DNA of 64,000 bases from the human T2T-CHM13v2.0 reference genome, Homo sapiens: assembly GCF_009914755.1 (NCBI RefSeq), contig NC_060940.1. One strand, written 5' to 3'. The stretch's first letter is position 1; each line of letters opens with the position of its first letter. Positions 1 to 12,130 of this stretch are shown piece by piece. The notes below the pieces were generated by a model. That model did no database searches. It had not been told where the DNA came from and was given only the letters and a program-made list of their open reading frames with translations. Position numbers and translations under genes: made by a program.

Positions 1-925
1 AATTGTTTCAATTTATTCTTAAGTCCTTTATTGCTTTTGATGCTATTGTAGATGGGACATTTCTATAATTTATTTTTTCTCATAGTTTGTTGTCAGCATA
101 GAGAAAGGATACTCATTTTTGAAAGTTAATTTCTTTCCTTATGACTTTGCTATAATTCATTTATTCAAAGAGCATGTCAATTTTACTTCTGCCTTTACAA
201 TTTAGATAATAAGTAAGGAGATATTTTAATTATTTTTTCCTGATTAATTGCTCTGACTAGAACCTTCAATAATATGTTAAATAGAAGTAGTGAGAGGGGA
301 CATCCTTTGGCTTTTCACCATTGAGTATGATGTTAGCTATGGATTTATCATATATGGTCTTTGTTATGTTGAGGTGCATTTCTTCTATACCTAATTTGTT
401 GAGTGTTTTTATTATAAAAGGATCTTGAATATTGGCAAATGTTTCTGCACATATTGAGATGATCATATGATTTTTACCTTTATTAAATTAATGTGGTATA
501 TTGTGTTTATTGATTTGCAAATGTTGTGCCATCCTTGCATTCTAGGGATAAATCCCATTTGATCATGGCAAATGATCCTTTAATGTGCTGTTGAATTTAA
601 TTTGCTACCATTTTATTGAGAATATTTGTGTCTATGTTTAGAAGGAATATTAGCTATAATGTTCTTTTCTTACAGTGTCCTTATCTGACTTTGTCAACAG
701 GGTAATACTGGCCTTGTAAAACAAATTTGAAAGTGTTCTCTCCTCTTCAATTTTTCGTAAGAATTTGAGAAAAATTTATATTATTTAAATGTTTGGTAGA
801 ATTCAGCCATGGAAGACATCAGACTATATTCTTTGTTTGATGAGAGATTTTTGATTATCAATTCACTCTCCTTACTTATTATTGGTAATGATTTCTTCAT
901 GATTAAGTCCTGGTATGTTGTATGT
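1..925 (-). mobile_element. Old LINE-1 (L1M-type) ORF2 reverse-transcriptase region fragment
   Basis: ORF 266..466(-) [52 protein letters not shown] aligns with ORF2p [53 protein letters not shown] of the L1 at 50412; degenerate. Confidence 0.9.
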
Positions 926-1885
926 TGTTCAATAAGCTCCTTATGTTTCTTCATTCTTGTTGTTGTTGTTGTTGTTGTTGTTGCTCCCACTGGCTAATAT
1001 TAAATGACTTGTCTTTGAGTTCACTGTTTATTTTTTTCCTGATCCTATCTACTACTATTGAAGTTCTCTATTGTACTTTTTAGTTCATTCATTGTATTAT
1101 TCATCCCCAGTATTTCTGTTTGGTTCTCTTTCAGGGTTGCTATTTCTGTATCAAACTTCTTGTACTTGATGTATTATTTTTCTGATTTTGTTTATTTGTC
1201 TATTTGTGTTCTCTTGCATCTCACTGAGCCTTTTAAAGATAATTATTTTGAATTATTTGTCAGGTAATTCACAGATTTCCATTTCTTTAGGGTCAAATAC
1301 TGAGGCTTTAATAGCTTGCTTTGGTGATATCACGTTTATCAGGTTCTTCATGATGTGTGGCCTTACATCAGTGTCTGTACTTTTGAAGGAGCAAACATCT
1401 TTTAATCCTTAAAGACTGGTTTTGGAAGGTGAAGTTTTTTTTTTTTTCTCTCAGGTCCCAAGGCTAATGGGATTGCCTCTGCAATCTCTGACAAGAAGAG
1501 TTAAAGGCAGGTTACATGGCTGTCACTGAGTCTGCAGTGGGGTTCAGTGTTGGTGGGCCTGTTACCAGGGACTCGGGCAGCATGGATCTTTCTTGGTTCC
1601 TGGGAAGATGGGACTTCCTTCAGGATCTTAGCCAGTAAAGCTGGTGCTAGGACACAGATCTATTTTGTGGTCTACAGTTAGGTCTTCAGATGATGGGCCT
1701 GTTTCCTAGCACATACATGGATAACTCACACCTGGTCCATGACAGGATTCTCACCAAGTCATTTTGTGGGTCCTTAAGTGGGCAGGACAGGCCCTGCACC
1801 ATGGCTGAGAGTTGATGGAACTGAGTTGCAAGGCTGCTTCAGGATACACAGTGAACTAAGGTCTGCGGATCTGACTCTGGGGTAT
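926..1885 (-). mobile_element. Old L1M ORF1 / 5'UTR fragment contiguous with the ORF2 fragment
   Basis: T-rich antisense ORF1-like sequence followed by a GC-richer 5'UTR-like segment (1450-1885). Confidence 0.55.
957..983. repeat. (GTT)n microsatellite
   Basis: About 9 TTG units seen directly. Confidence 0.95.
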
Positions 1886-1889
1886 TAGG

Positions 1890-3240
1890 TGGCTTTTGAT
1901 ATATTTCTCTTCATTGATTATTTTCAGCAATTTAATTCGCATGTAATGGCCAGACATGTTTGTGTATGTGTTTATTCTGTTTGACTTCATTGAGCTTTGT
2001 AGATCCATGGCCTTATAATTTTTATCAAATTTGAAACATTTTCAGCCACAACTTTTTCAGATATTTTTATGTCTTTTTAGTCTCCCTGTTCTCTCTAGGA
2101 GACCATTTATATGTATTAGGCTATTGAATATAACTTGCACATCATGAAAACTCTTTTTATTCTTTCTAATCTTTTGTTTTCTCCTTCTTTTGGTTTGATT
2201 CTATTGCTATGCTTTGAAGTTCATCATTATTTTTATTTTACAGTGTCTAATCTGCTATTTATCACATCTAATAGTGTCTTAATTTTAGATATTATTGTTT
2301 TACTCTATGGAAGTAACATTTTTTTATATTATCAATTTCTCTCATTTCTTCATATTTTTAATTAAATGCTTGTTTATAGTTATAATAGCTATCTTAATAT
2401 CATTTTCTTTCATTATTTCCATTATTTCTTTGTTTATTTTTATTAAATATTTTTTGTTGGTAATGCATTACTTTTTCTTGCTTCTTGGCATGTATGAATA
2501 TTTTGATTAGAGATTGGGCCTTATTAATCTTATGCTACTGTTTGGCAGTTAACTTGGCAATTAAATTATTTTGGATAGAATTTATGACTTTGAGGCCTGT
2601 TTTAAGTTTTTGTAGTGTATATCTGGGGTAGTCTTTACTCCTGGGATAATTAAGCCATAATTAAAAAATAGGACTCTGCTGAAGCTTCCACCAAATGTCC
2701 TGGCTGATCACCAAGGACAATACCTTCTGGCTGGTTAGACTTTAAACAACTCCTTGCCTGGTGTGAAATTTGCCAAATTTTTATCTTACAACTTTATGAT
2801 ATTTTTGTCTAAGACTTGTAGAGTTTCATATTATGCATATATAAGCAAGTATTAAGTAGAGACTTAAAGAAACCCTTCTATAGATTTCTTGTTACTGCAT
2901 ACTTCTTTCTTTCTAGAATGTTTCCCTGCTACTTTTAGCCAGCTAAGCCTCGCTGAATTCTGGTCTCCATGTACTGAATTCAGTGAGACTGCCTGGTTCT
3001 GTTTGTGTTTCCCCTCTCTGCACTACAGCCTAGATAAAGCATCCAGTCTAGAAGTCAAGGGCAAATGTAGGACTCAACTCATTTTTCCTTTCTTTCAGGG
3101 ATCATATGCTCCATAGCACATTGGAAAATGTGCTACCTGCTTTCCAATGTGCAAAAACATTTGTTTTACATTATATATATAGTTTTCTAGCTGTTTACAG
3201 TGAGAGATTAAGTTCAGTCCTTGTTCCTTGTTCATGTCTA
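1890..3240 (-). mobile_element. Ancient L1M (L1ME/L1MD-like) ORF1/5' region
   Basis: Degenerate antisense L1 ORF1-type motifs (tttatcaaatttgaaacattttcagcca, tctaatctgctatt). Confidence 0.5.
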
Positions 3241-3314
3241 GAATTAATGGCACACATGTGTTCATGATCTTTTAATGGCTTCACTGAATCAAAACAAAAA
3301 GTAAAAACAATAAC

Positions 3315-3317
<3 letters not shown>

Positions 3318-3368
<51 letters not shown>
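3318..3368. repeat. (CA)n microsatellite, ~25 units
   Basis: Seen directly. Confidence 0.98.
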
Positions 3369-3369
<1 letters not shown>

Positions 3370-3370
<1 letters not shown>

Positions 3371-3860
3371 TCTTACCTTGGCCTACAGAACTCTATATCA
3401 TCTGGCCTTAGTTATCTCTTCAATCGTATTTTCCAATATTTCCTTTCTCCCTCCATTAGCCATAACCAGAACACTGGCCTTCATTGTCTTCTAGCATAAT
3501 AAAACAGCTTGAGGCTCTGGGAACATTTACTTTGTACATCTTCTACCTGGAATACTTTTCTCTTACAAATTTTCAAGACTCATTCCCTCAATTCACTAAG
3601 GTTCCTGAAGTAAAGTTATTTGGTTATAGCAACTTACTATGACCTCACTATCTAAAAGAACCACTCCTTTTTACTGGCTATCCTCTTTTCCTGCTAATAT
3701 TTTCTGAATAACACTATTTACCATGTAGTGATGTATTATAGCTTTATTTGTTTATATTTTTTGTCTCTACCATTAGAATGTAAGCTGTTGAAAGAACTAG
3801 AATTTGTTATATTTATTGTTGTATTCCCCATGGCATATAGTAGTCCCACAGTGAACATTT
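3370..3860 (+). mobile_element. L2 3' end fragment
   Basis: ctaccattagaatgtaagct...ttgttgtattccccatggcatatagtag resembles the L2 3' terminus. Confidence 0.65.
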
Positions 3861-4232
3861 CTTTAAAGAAATAATAACATTTCTTGGATATAAAGTACCA
3901 GATACTGTTCTCCCTTCAATATTCGGAGAAAGTAACTTAAAATATAAGAAGTGAATTAATAGTGCATTTTTCCCAGTTTATATAATTTAAAATGGAAAGC
4001 TTGTTGAGGCCATCTATTTTAATTTTTTGTGATATTTATAAATATAAACATTGATCTTCCTCCTTCTAATTATATGTGATATACTATAATAACTAATGTT
4101 GAATGATGAAGTGCTGTGTTTTGCAAGTTTTTCTAGCAGACACTGCTTATGCTATTATATACCAAACTCCATTAGGCTCCTTTTACCCTTACCTGTTTTT
4201 GAGCACATTTTTTGAAAACTACCCTTTGAGCC

Positions 4233-4572
4233 TGCTGTGGTTTGAATGCATTCCCTGAAAGCTCATGTGTTAGAAATTTAATCCCCAGTGTAACAGTTGA
4301 GAGGCAGCATGTTTAAGAGATGATTATGTTCTGAGGGGTTCATCTTCACAATTGAATTAATGCCATTATTGCAGGAGTTGGTTACTTACTGTGGAAGTGG
4401 ATTTCTGATAAAAAGTATATATTTGTTCTGATTTTCTCTTTTGTGCTTGTGCTCTCACCATGTGATGCTTCTGGCCATGGAATGACCCTCACCAGATGCT
4501 GGCAGCCTATGGAACCAAATAAATGTCTGTTTCCGTATATTTTGCAAATATAGCAGAAAACAACCTAAGATA
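4233..4572 (+). mobile_element. ERVL-MaLR solo LTR (MSTC/MSTD-like)
   Basis: tgctgtggtttgaatg...aatttaatccccagtg start, ...cctaagata end; 5-bp TSD gagcc/gagtc. Confidence 0.8.
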
Positions 4573-4899
4573 GAGTCTTTGCCCACACACAGAGGTATTT
4601 AAAAAACCTTATAATTATCAAGGAATGCTCATTATGAAGCTGAAACTCTCATCTCATTTGCACACAAACTCTGAGATGTCACTTCTATTCCAGAGCTCCC
4701 TCTGATAAATCAGGATAATGCATCCTAAAATTATTATTTTTTTCTTTTTTAGCAGACCTATTTAGTATCCAGCATCCTAAAATTCTATCCCCTTTTTGTT
4801 TTTCTTTCTTCAATGTCCACTCTCTTATCAGTTTCTCCTGGGAGAATTTCTTAGAAGAGCAGGTGCATATGAATCATTCATTATCTAGTTTGATATGTG

Positions 4900-5400
4900 T
4901 ATTTGTCAGGATAGGTTAGGTTTATAGAGTCTTAACAAATAATCCCCACATTTTAGTGGCTTAATATATCAGATATATTTCTTCTTAAAGTTATATATTT
5001 ATCATAGATTGGTGAATATGGGGGGTTGTTTTCTACATAAAACTCTTGGACCTTGCCTAATTCGGTATCAGTCAGGGGCCCAGCAAGTAACAGATTGGAT
5101 ATTTAAATTAGTGTAATTCAAGGAATGTTTCATAGAGAGGTAATTCACTAAGGTATTAGCAGAGTATAAAGGAAACACAAGAAATAGTGCAGCACTGACA
5201 AAGATGCTGCCATATTTCACCTGCCCTACCTAAAACATGTTGTTTCTTTGATTGCAGAGCTGGGAAAGGATTCTAAGAAATTGAGCATAAGCTTTATAGT
5301 TCCTCATACATCAAAATAATATATATCAATTTTACTCACATTTTATTGGCAGAGCTTGTCATACAGATTCACCTGACAGTAAAGGGACTGGAAACAGACA
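4900..5400 (-). mobile_element. MLT1K/L-like MaLR LTR with a nested LTR33-like fragment (~5065-5200)
   Basis: gtcaggataggttagg...aacaaataatcccc...gtggcttaa motif; inner gtatcagtcaggggcccagca... motif. Confidence 0.55.
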
Positions 5401-5941
5401 TTTCCAATTCATATGGTCTTATTTCATTCAAATGTGATTTATATTGGCATATCTAGTGTGCAAACAGCAATGTGAATTCTCTTTCAGAAATGTGATATTT
5501 ATTGTAGAGAGTGTGCCTTTTTTCAAATGTACTTTTCAACTTTTTGAACTTTTATCAGTCTTAAAAGGTAAATGCCTTCAGCTGTCAAGTTATCATATCT
5601 CTATTTTTGATCAGTATAATTTTTTAATTTTTGATTGGTGTCATAACAGCATGGCAGATAGGATTCTGGGTAAAATTAATAATGAAACATTTTAAATCAA
5701 AGGATTTTAAAAAGTAACTTTCTTTTAACATGAGTGAAGTGACAACTTGTTGACAGATGACTGTTACATGCCCTCTAATCTGGTGAAATGATTTTTTTTG
5801 AAGGAAAAGAGCATATCATATCATTCCATGTTAAATTATATGCATTCAATATTTGATATTTTATTCATTCTCATGTGGCTTTGGAAAATATGAGCTATAT
5901 GTTTCTTCTTTTTTAGAAAAAGATATAAATGTAATAACAAA

Positions 5942-6340
5942 TGTAATTAGTCAGAATAGGTTATATTATGCTGTCATAACAAACAGCCCTAAAAATGTCA
6001 GTAGGTTAAAATGACACAGGTTTACTTCTTGTTCATAGTACATTAACTGCACAGGGTAGTTGATGGGCTTATTAGTTCTACAACACCCTCATTCAGAGAC
6101 CCACCATAAAGTAATTTCGATGTCTGGCTATGCTCTCATGATTGCAAAGGCAGAAACATTAAATATGGGAAATTTTGCATTCCACTTAGAAGTCAAACAC
6201 ATTGTTTCCATCCAGGTTACATTGGTCATTGAAAGTCATATGGCCATATTAACTTCATGAAGTAGAGAAACACAATCCTACTGTTAGATTAAATGGGGAA
6301 CCAGAAATACTTTGTAAACCATGATAAAGACTGATGTACT
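5942..6340 (-). mobile_element. MLT1K/L-like MaLR LTR
   Basis: tgtaattagtcagaataggttatattatgctgtcataacaaacagccctaaaaatgtcagt motif. Confidence 0.65.
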
Positions 6341-6529
6341 TAGGAATAAAATGTAGCTGAAATTTACATTAAGTAATGCTTTGTCATTTCAAATATCTGT
6401 AAAATTCATTTAGGTGCTGAAATACCTGTTTAACACATTTAAATATATATTTCTAAGAAAAAAATATTTATCCATCTGGTGAATTGAGTGTACAATGCCA
6501 CAGAGCATATTTTATACTTTTCTTAAACA

Positions 6530-7345
6530 TTATTTTAGCATAATAAGAATACCTAACTTTACCTTTAAAAGATTTTTAAGTGTGCAATACAGAATTATTA
6601 TCTACAGGCACAATGCAATACAACAGAGCTTCAGAACTACATGTTGCATAACTGAAGCTTTCTACAGATAGATTAGCAACTATTCATTTTCTGCTCCCCC
6701 TAGCTCTTGACAACCACAATTCTCTATTTCTATAAGCTTGGCTCTTTTAGATAACTCTCATAAATGGAATCATGCAGTATTTGTTCTTCCGTGACTAGCT
6801 TGTTTCACTTAGCACAATGTTCTCAAAGTTAATCCATGTTGTCACATATTACAGGATTTCCTTCTTTTTTAACGCTGAAGAATATTCCATTTTATGTATA
6901 TGCCACATTTTCTTTATTTATCCATCAGTGGACACTTACTTGTTTCCCCATATTGGCCATTGCAAATACTGTTGCAAGGATCATGAGAGTGCTAATATCC
7001 CTTTGAGATCTTGATTTCAATTCTATTAGATAAATACCAAGAAGTGGGACTACTGGATCGTATGGTAGTTTTATTTTTAATTCATTAAGGAACATCCATA
7101 CTGTTTTCCAAAGCACCTGCACCATTTTGCATTCCCATCAATGGTGTATATGGGTTCCAATTTCTTCACATCCTCACCGACACTTGTTGTCTTTATGTTA
7201 TTTTTGTGTGTGTGCTAGCCATCCTAACCAATATGAAGTGATATTTCATTGCTGTTTTGATTAGCATTTCCCTGATGATTAGTAACATTGAAAATCTTTT
7301 CATATATCTGTTGGCCATTTGTACAACTTTTTTGAAGAAATGCCA
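6530..7345 (-). mobile_element. L1MA9-like 3' end (ORF2 C-terminus plus 3'UTR)
   Basis: ORF 6925..7125(-) [31 protein letters not shown] matches the ORF2p C-terminus; L1MA-type 3'UTR. Confidence 0.85.
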
Positions 7346-7619
7346 AGTCCCATAGTTCACTCTTCTGTATATCTTAGGATCACATTTATTTATGTCAACA
7401 TTTTTGTCCCCAAACTAAATAGGCCCAAACACTAAATGAAAATGAGGTGCATGTTGTATTAGCAATGTTTGTAACTATGAAAGAAAAGTATTGTTTCTTC
7501 AAGACAAACTCAATCTGGATCATAAAGTTGGTTTTCTGCCACTGTCACTGTGGTGCTTTTGTTTTTATTGTTGTTATTATTGTTTAATATTGGTTAAAAC
7601 TCAGATACAATGCTACATT

Positions 7620-10600
7620 CTTTTTCAAATAAACTTTTTATTTATAAAAGTTTTAGATTTATAGAAAAATTACAAAAACAGTACAGAGAGATCCTTTATT
7701 ACCCAAACTCAGTATCTTCTAACTTACATTTGTATAGTTTGTCATAATAAATGAGACAATATTAATGCTTTATTATGAATTAAAATCCATATTTAATTAA
7801 TATTTCCTTAGTGGTTTTCTGAGGCCTTTTTTGTTATAGGAGTCCACTCTGGATACCACATTGCACTTAGTCTCTATAGCATCCTCTGAATTGCAAAAGT
7901 TTCTTTGACTTTTCTTATTTTTGAAGACCTTGACAGTTTTCATAGGTAATGGTTAGGTATTTTGTAGACTGCCACTCAAATAAGATTTGATTGATGTTTT
8001 TTATCACAATTAGATGGTACTTACAGGTTTTAAGGAGGATGATCACACAGGTAAAATGGCATTATTATCAAATCATATTATTATCATTAGATGATACCAA
8101 ATCCTATCATCAAATCACAATACATAGTATCAACATGACTTATCACAGTCGATGTTGACCTTGATCACTTTGGCTGAGGTAATGCTTGTCTTATTTCTTC
8201 ACTATAAAGTTACACTTTTCTATTCTCTTTCCACACTCTTCTTTTTGGGAGGAAGTCATTATATACAGTTTCCACTTAGGAGTGGAAAGTTATACTTGTT
8301 TCTTTCAGGGTGAAGTATCTCCACAAAGTATTTGGATCAATATATTTGTTTGGATCAAAGATATTTCTGTTCTTTTCAATTTATTTGTTTGTTTTCAATC
8401 ATTTATTTATGTCAGTAAAGACTCATGGATACTTGTTTTATGTATTAGGTTATAGTTATTACTTCTTTATTTATTGTGTTGCTTGAATTTGGCCATTGGT
8501 AGCTCTTCCACTTTACTACAATGTCCCTTTAATGCAACTCCTTCATTATGGGTTTTTGTGTTTTGTTTTGTTTTTAGCATTTTGTTTATTTTCTAGCCCT
8601 ATAAGATGCTCCATCTACTATATTTTCTAACCTAGTTCTAGAATAAGCCATTTCTTCAAGGAGCCACATTCCTTTTATTTCAATATGGCATTAGTAACCA
8701 AGATCTGGGTACTTAGTGAGCTCATTGCTACTGGATTGTTTTTTCTAGGATTTCTTAGCCAACAGAGCAACGATAGGTGATTACACTAGCCCATATATAT
8801 ATGCATGCCTATATATATTTGTAATTTTAACGATATGTATCACCACTAAACTGATATATCACTGCTAAACTGATCTGTTAAACTGCATTCGTATCACTGC
8901 TGAGTCACCAACTCTAATTTATTACTACATGGATCATTCTAGCATTATCCTCTTATTTGTTACTTTCTGCTCCAACAGTAAGAAAACTCTCACCATCTGC
9001 CATCATTTAGGTAATTTTTCAGTTTCATTATATGTGTATAATGATTTCAGAATTGTTAACACATACTCGTGTGGGGAACAACTTTACTGACTATAATGCC
9101 ACACTTATATATAATTTCTTTTGTCTTTACCCTTACATATTACTTTCGATTCCAAAGTTGTTAGTACTTTATTTCCTCAACACCTTAAGTAAAACTGTTT
9201 CATATAGTTGTAAAACAATAAGATTTTTTCATCACATCCTGCCTTCCATTTTGGGATCCCCAATCTCACTATTTATATGTATATGTATGGTATTCACTCT
9301 TACTGTATAGTTCTATGGGTTTGAGGAGTTTAGTGTCATGTATTCAGTATTACATTATTGTACAGAATAGTTTCAGCACTTTGAACGTTATCCTGTGCTT
9401 CTCATATTCTCCCCTCACCTTCTAATCTATGCCAGCAGCTGATCTCTTTACCATCTTTATTGTTTTGCTTTCGCTAGAAGAGCATATAAATATCTCCATA
9501 CATTATTATTAGCAATATGCATTTAAAATTCATCCAGGTCTTTGAGTGATTTGATTGCACATCCCTTTTTATCAATGAAATATACCATTGCATGAATGTA
9601 CCATAGATTGTTAATCCATTCACATATTAAAGGGCATCTGGATTGCTTTTAGTTTTTTATAATTATCATAAAGTATCTCTAAACACTTGCATACTGGTTC
9701 TTCTGTGGACATAAATTTTAAAGCAGTTGGGTAATACCAGGGGCATGAATCCAGGATTGTATGGTAAGACAATATTTAGATTTATAAGAAACTGTCAGAC
9801 TGTCTTCCAAAGTGGCTACATCATTTGCATTCCTGCTAGCAATGAATGAGATCTTCTTTCGTTGTTCTGCATCCTCACCAGCAATTGATTGTCATTTTTT
9901 AAAGATTTTTCTCTTTCTAGTAGTCACATAGTAGTATCTCATTTGTTATAATCTGCATTTCTCTAATAACAAAAGATGTTGAATATCTTTTTATTTGTTT
10001 ACTTGCTGTCTATACATTTTCTTTAGCAAGGTATCTTCAGATATTTTGCTTATTTTTAAATTGGGTGGTTTTCTTAGTTTTAAGAGTTTTTATATATTTT
10101 GGATAGAAGATCTTTATCAGTTATGTATTCACAAGTATTTTCTCCCAGTCTGTGGCTTGTCTTTTTATAAAAGTGTCATTCACACAGCAGAAAATTTAAA
10201 AATTTAAAAGTTTAAATTTCAAGATGGGCTTATAATTTTTTGTATTTATTGTGCTTTAGATGTTATATCTAAAAACTCATCACTAAACCCATGATCTTAT
10301 AAATTTTCTATTTTTTCTTCTACAAATGTTATACCTACACATTAGGTTTATGATCCATTTTTAGTTAATTTTCTGGGTAAGGTGTAAGGCCTGTGTTTTC
10401 TAGGTTCTTTTTTTTTTTTAATTTGGACATTCTATTGTTGTAGAATCATTTCTTGAAAAGTTTAGCCTTTCTCAATTGAGTTTCCTTTGTGTCCTTGAGA
10501 AAAATAAGTTGACTATATTTATATAGATGTAGTTATGAGATTTTTACTGTTTCATTTATTTATTCTTTTGCCAACGCCATGCTGTTTTGATTACTATAGC

Positions 10601-10790
10601 TTCATAGTAAGTTTTGAAATATAGTAGTGTGACTATTCCATCTTTTCTATTCTTTAGTATTGTGTTGGCTACACTGGGTCTTTTTCTTTCCATGTAAACT
10701 TCAGAATCTCTAAATAGCATGCTGGGATTGTGATTGAGATTTCGTTGAATCTAGAGATCAAGTAGGGAAAAATTGGCATCAACAATATTA
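7620..10790 (-). mobile_element. L1MC-family 3' portion (long 3'UTR plus ORF2 3' end)
   Basis: aaataaactttttatt...gtacagagag terminus; antisense ORF2 motifs (tgttttgattactatagcttcatagtaagttttgaaat). Confidence 0.8.
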
Positions 10791-10895
10791 AGGGGCTTGT
10801 TATGAATAACAAAAGATAACCCCTATCACTCAGAAAATTCCAAGATTTTAGGAGCTCTGTGCCAGAAATATGGGCTAAAGACAAAATATATTTAA
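10790..10895 (-). mobile_element. MER21-like LTR terminal fragment
   Basis: aggggcttgttatgaataacaaaaga...aaattccaag...ggagctctgtgccag motif. Confidence 0.7.
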
Positions 10896-11002
10896 AAGTT
10901 ATCCTGCACTTAGTATTCCCAATTCTTCCCTCTTATTCATTGTGACATTAATGCTGTTCATTTCACTTATTCACATGCAATATTTTGCTACTATTATTGC
11001 CA

Positions 11003-11355
11003 TTATGGTTTGAATGTACGTGTCCCTCCAAAACGCATATGTTGGAATTTAATACCCAAGATAATAGTATTGAGGTGATGCCCTTGACAGGTGATTAAGC
11101 CCTGAGGGCTCTGCTCTCATATATGGAATTGGTGTCCTTATAAAAGGGCATTAGGAAAAGAGTTCATCTCTTTCTTGCCCTTCTATCTCATCTGCCATTT
11201 GAGGACACAGCAAAATGGTGCTATCTTGGAAGCAGAGAGTGAGCTCTTAGCAGACACAGAATCTGCTGGCTCCTTGATCCTGGACATTTCAGCTTTCAGA
11301 ACTGTTTAAGAGATACATTTCTGTTCTTTATAAATTAGGAAACCAGTCTAAGGTG
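11003..11355 (+). mobile_element. MLT1A/MSTD-like MaLR LTR
   Basis: ttatggtttgaatgt...ccctccaaaa...gagggctctgctctcat...ccttataaaag...atacatttctgttctttataaatt. Confidence 0.8.
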
Positions 11356-11359
11356 GCAT

Positions 11360-12130
11360 GTGGTCAGAGGTGGGGAAAGGGGGCTATTCCACAATCTTAC
11401 AATAAAATCTCAGGATTTTATTGGGGCTATATCTTGGGTCTATGACCTTTGCAAGCATTCAGTGTCATAGCATTCTCTCCTCACCATGCCATCCCTTTCT
11501 TGTGTGCAGGATTCCCAGTCTATCTCCTTGAAGTTCTGAGTCCTGTTGACTATGTTGTTTCTTTTTCTTCACCATAGGTGAGACAAAAATGCAAGATAGG
11601 GATAAAGTAGGACAAACTTCCTTTTTCTAAGTGAGATAAGGCTCTGGGAAAATATTTAATCCTTGGAGATTTGGCCTTTGTTATAAGGAAGACTTGGTGT
11701 GTGTGTGTCACATGACTGGTCTTTCCTCGTCTTGCCAGAGCCCTGTGATTATCTTCCTCAGATCTTCACTGTGAGAACCTAGTGGAGTTTCTTGGGATAA
11801 ATTCTATAAAAGTGTATCCCTCCAAGACTGCAGCCACCAGGAGCTTCTCACTCACTCTACTCCATGGTCAGCCTCTAGCAATTTGTCAAAATTACCATGG
11901 AAATGTTTCTACCAGTTTGTGCCTTCAGTGGCTTCTGCTCCATGTAAACAAATCTCAGCTATGTCTTTCTGGATGTACCTGTCTTTCCAGAAATTGGGGT
12001 GGTATTTTTTCCTGCAATGTCACATCTTTGATAGGTCCAAGAAACGTCATTGATTATAAGTTTGACTAACTTTGTCTTGTAGGTTTGTGAGCGTTGACTT
12101 CCAAAATCTTCAGATGTTGGAGCTGAAAAT
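11360..12130 (-). mobile_element. Ancient L1M 5'-end fragment
   Basis: Degenerate resemblance to L1M 5'UTR sequence. Confidence 0.45.

Noticed and set aside
1058-2510. Hydrophobic Phe/Ile/Leu-rich ORFs resembling membrane proteins
   Set aside because: Artefact of T-rich antisense L1 sequence
8840-8905. Short repeated tatcactgctaaactg units resembling a repeat-spacer array
   Set aside because: Local slippage duplications inside an L1MC 3'UTR; no spacers, eukaryotic context
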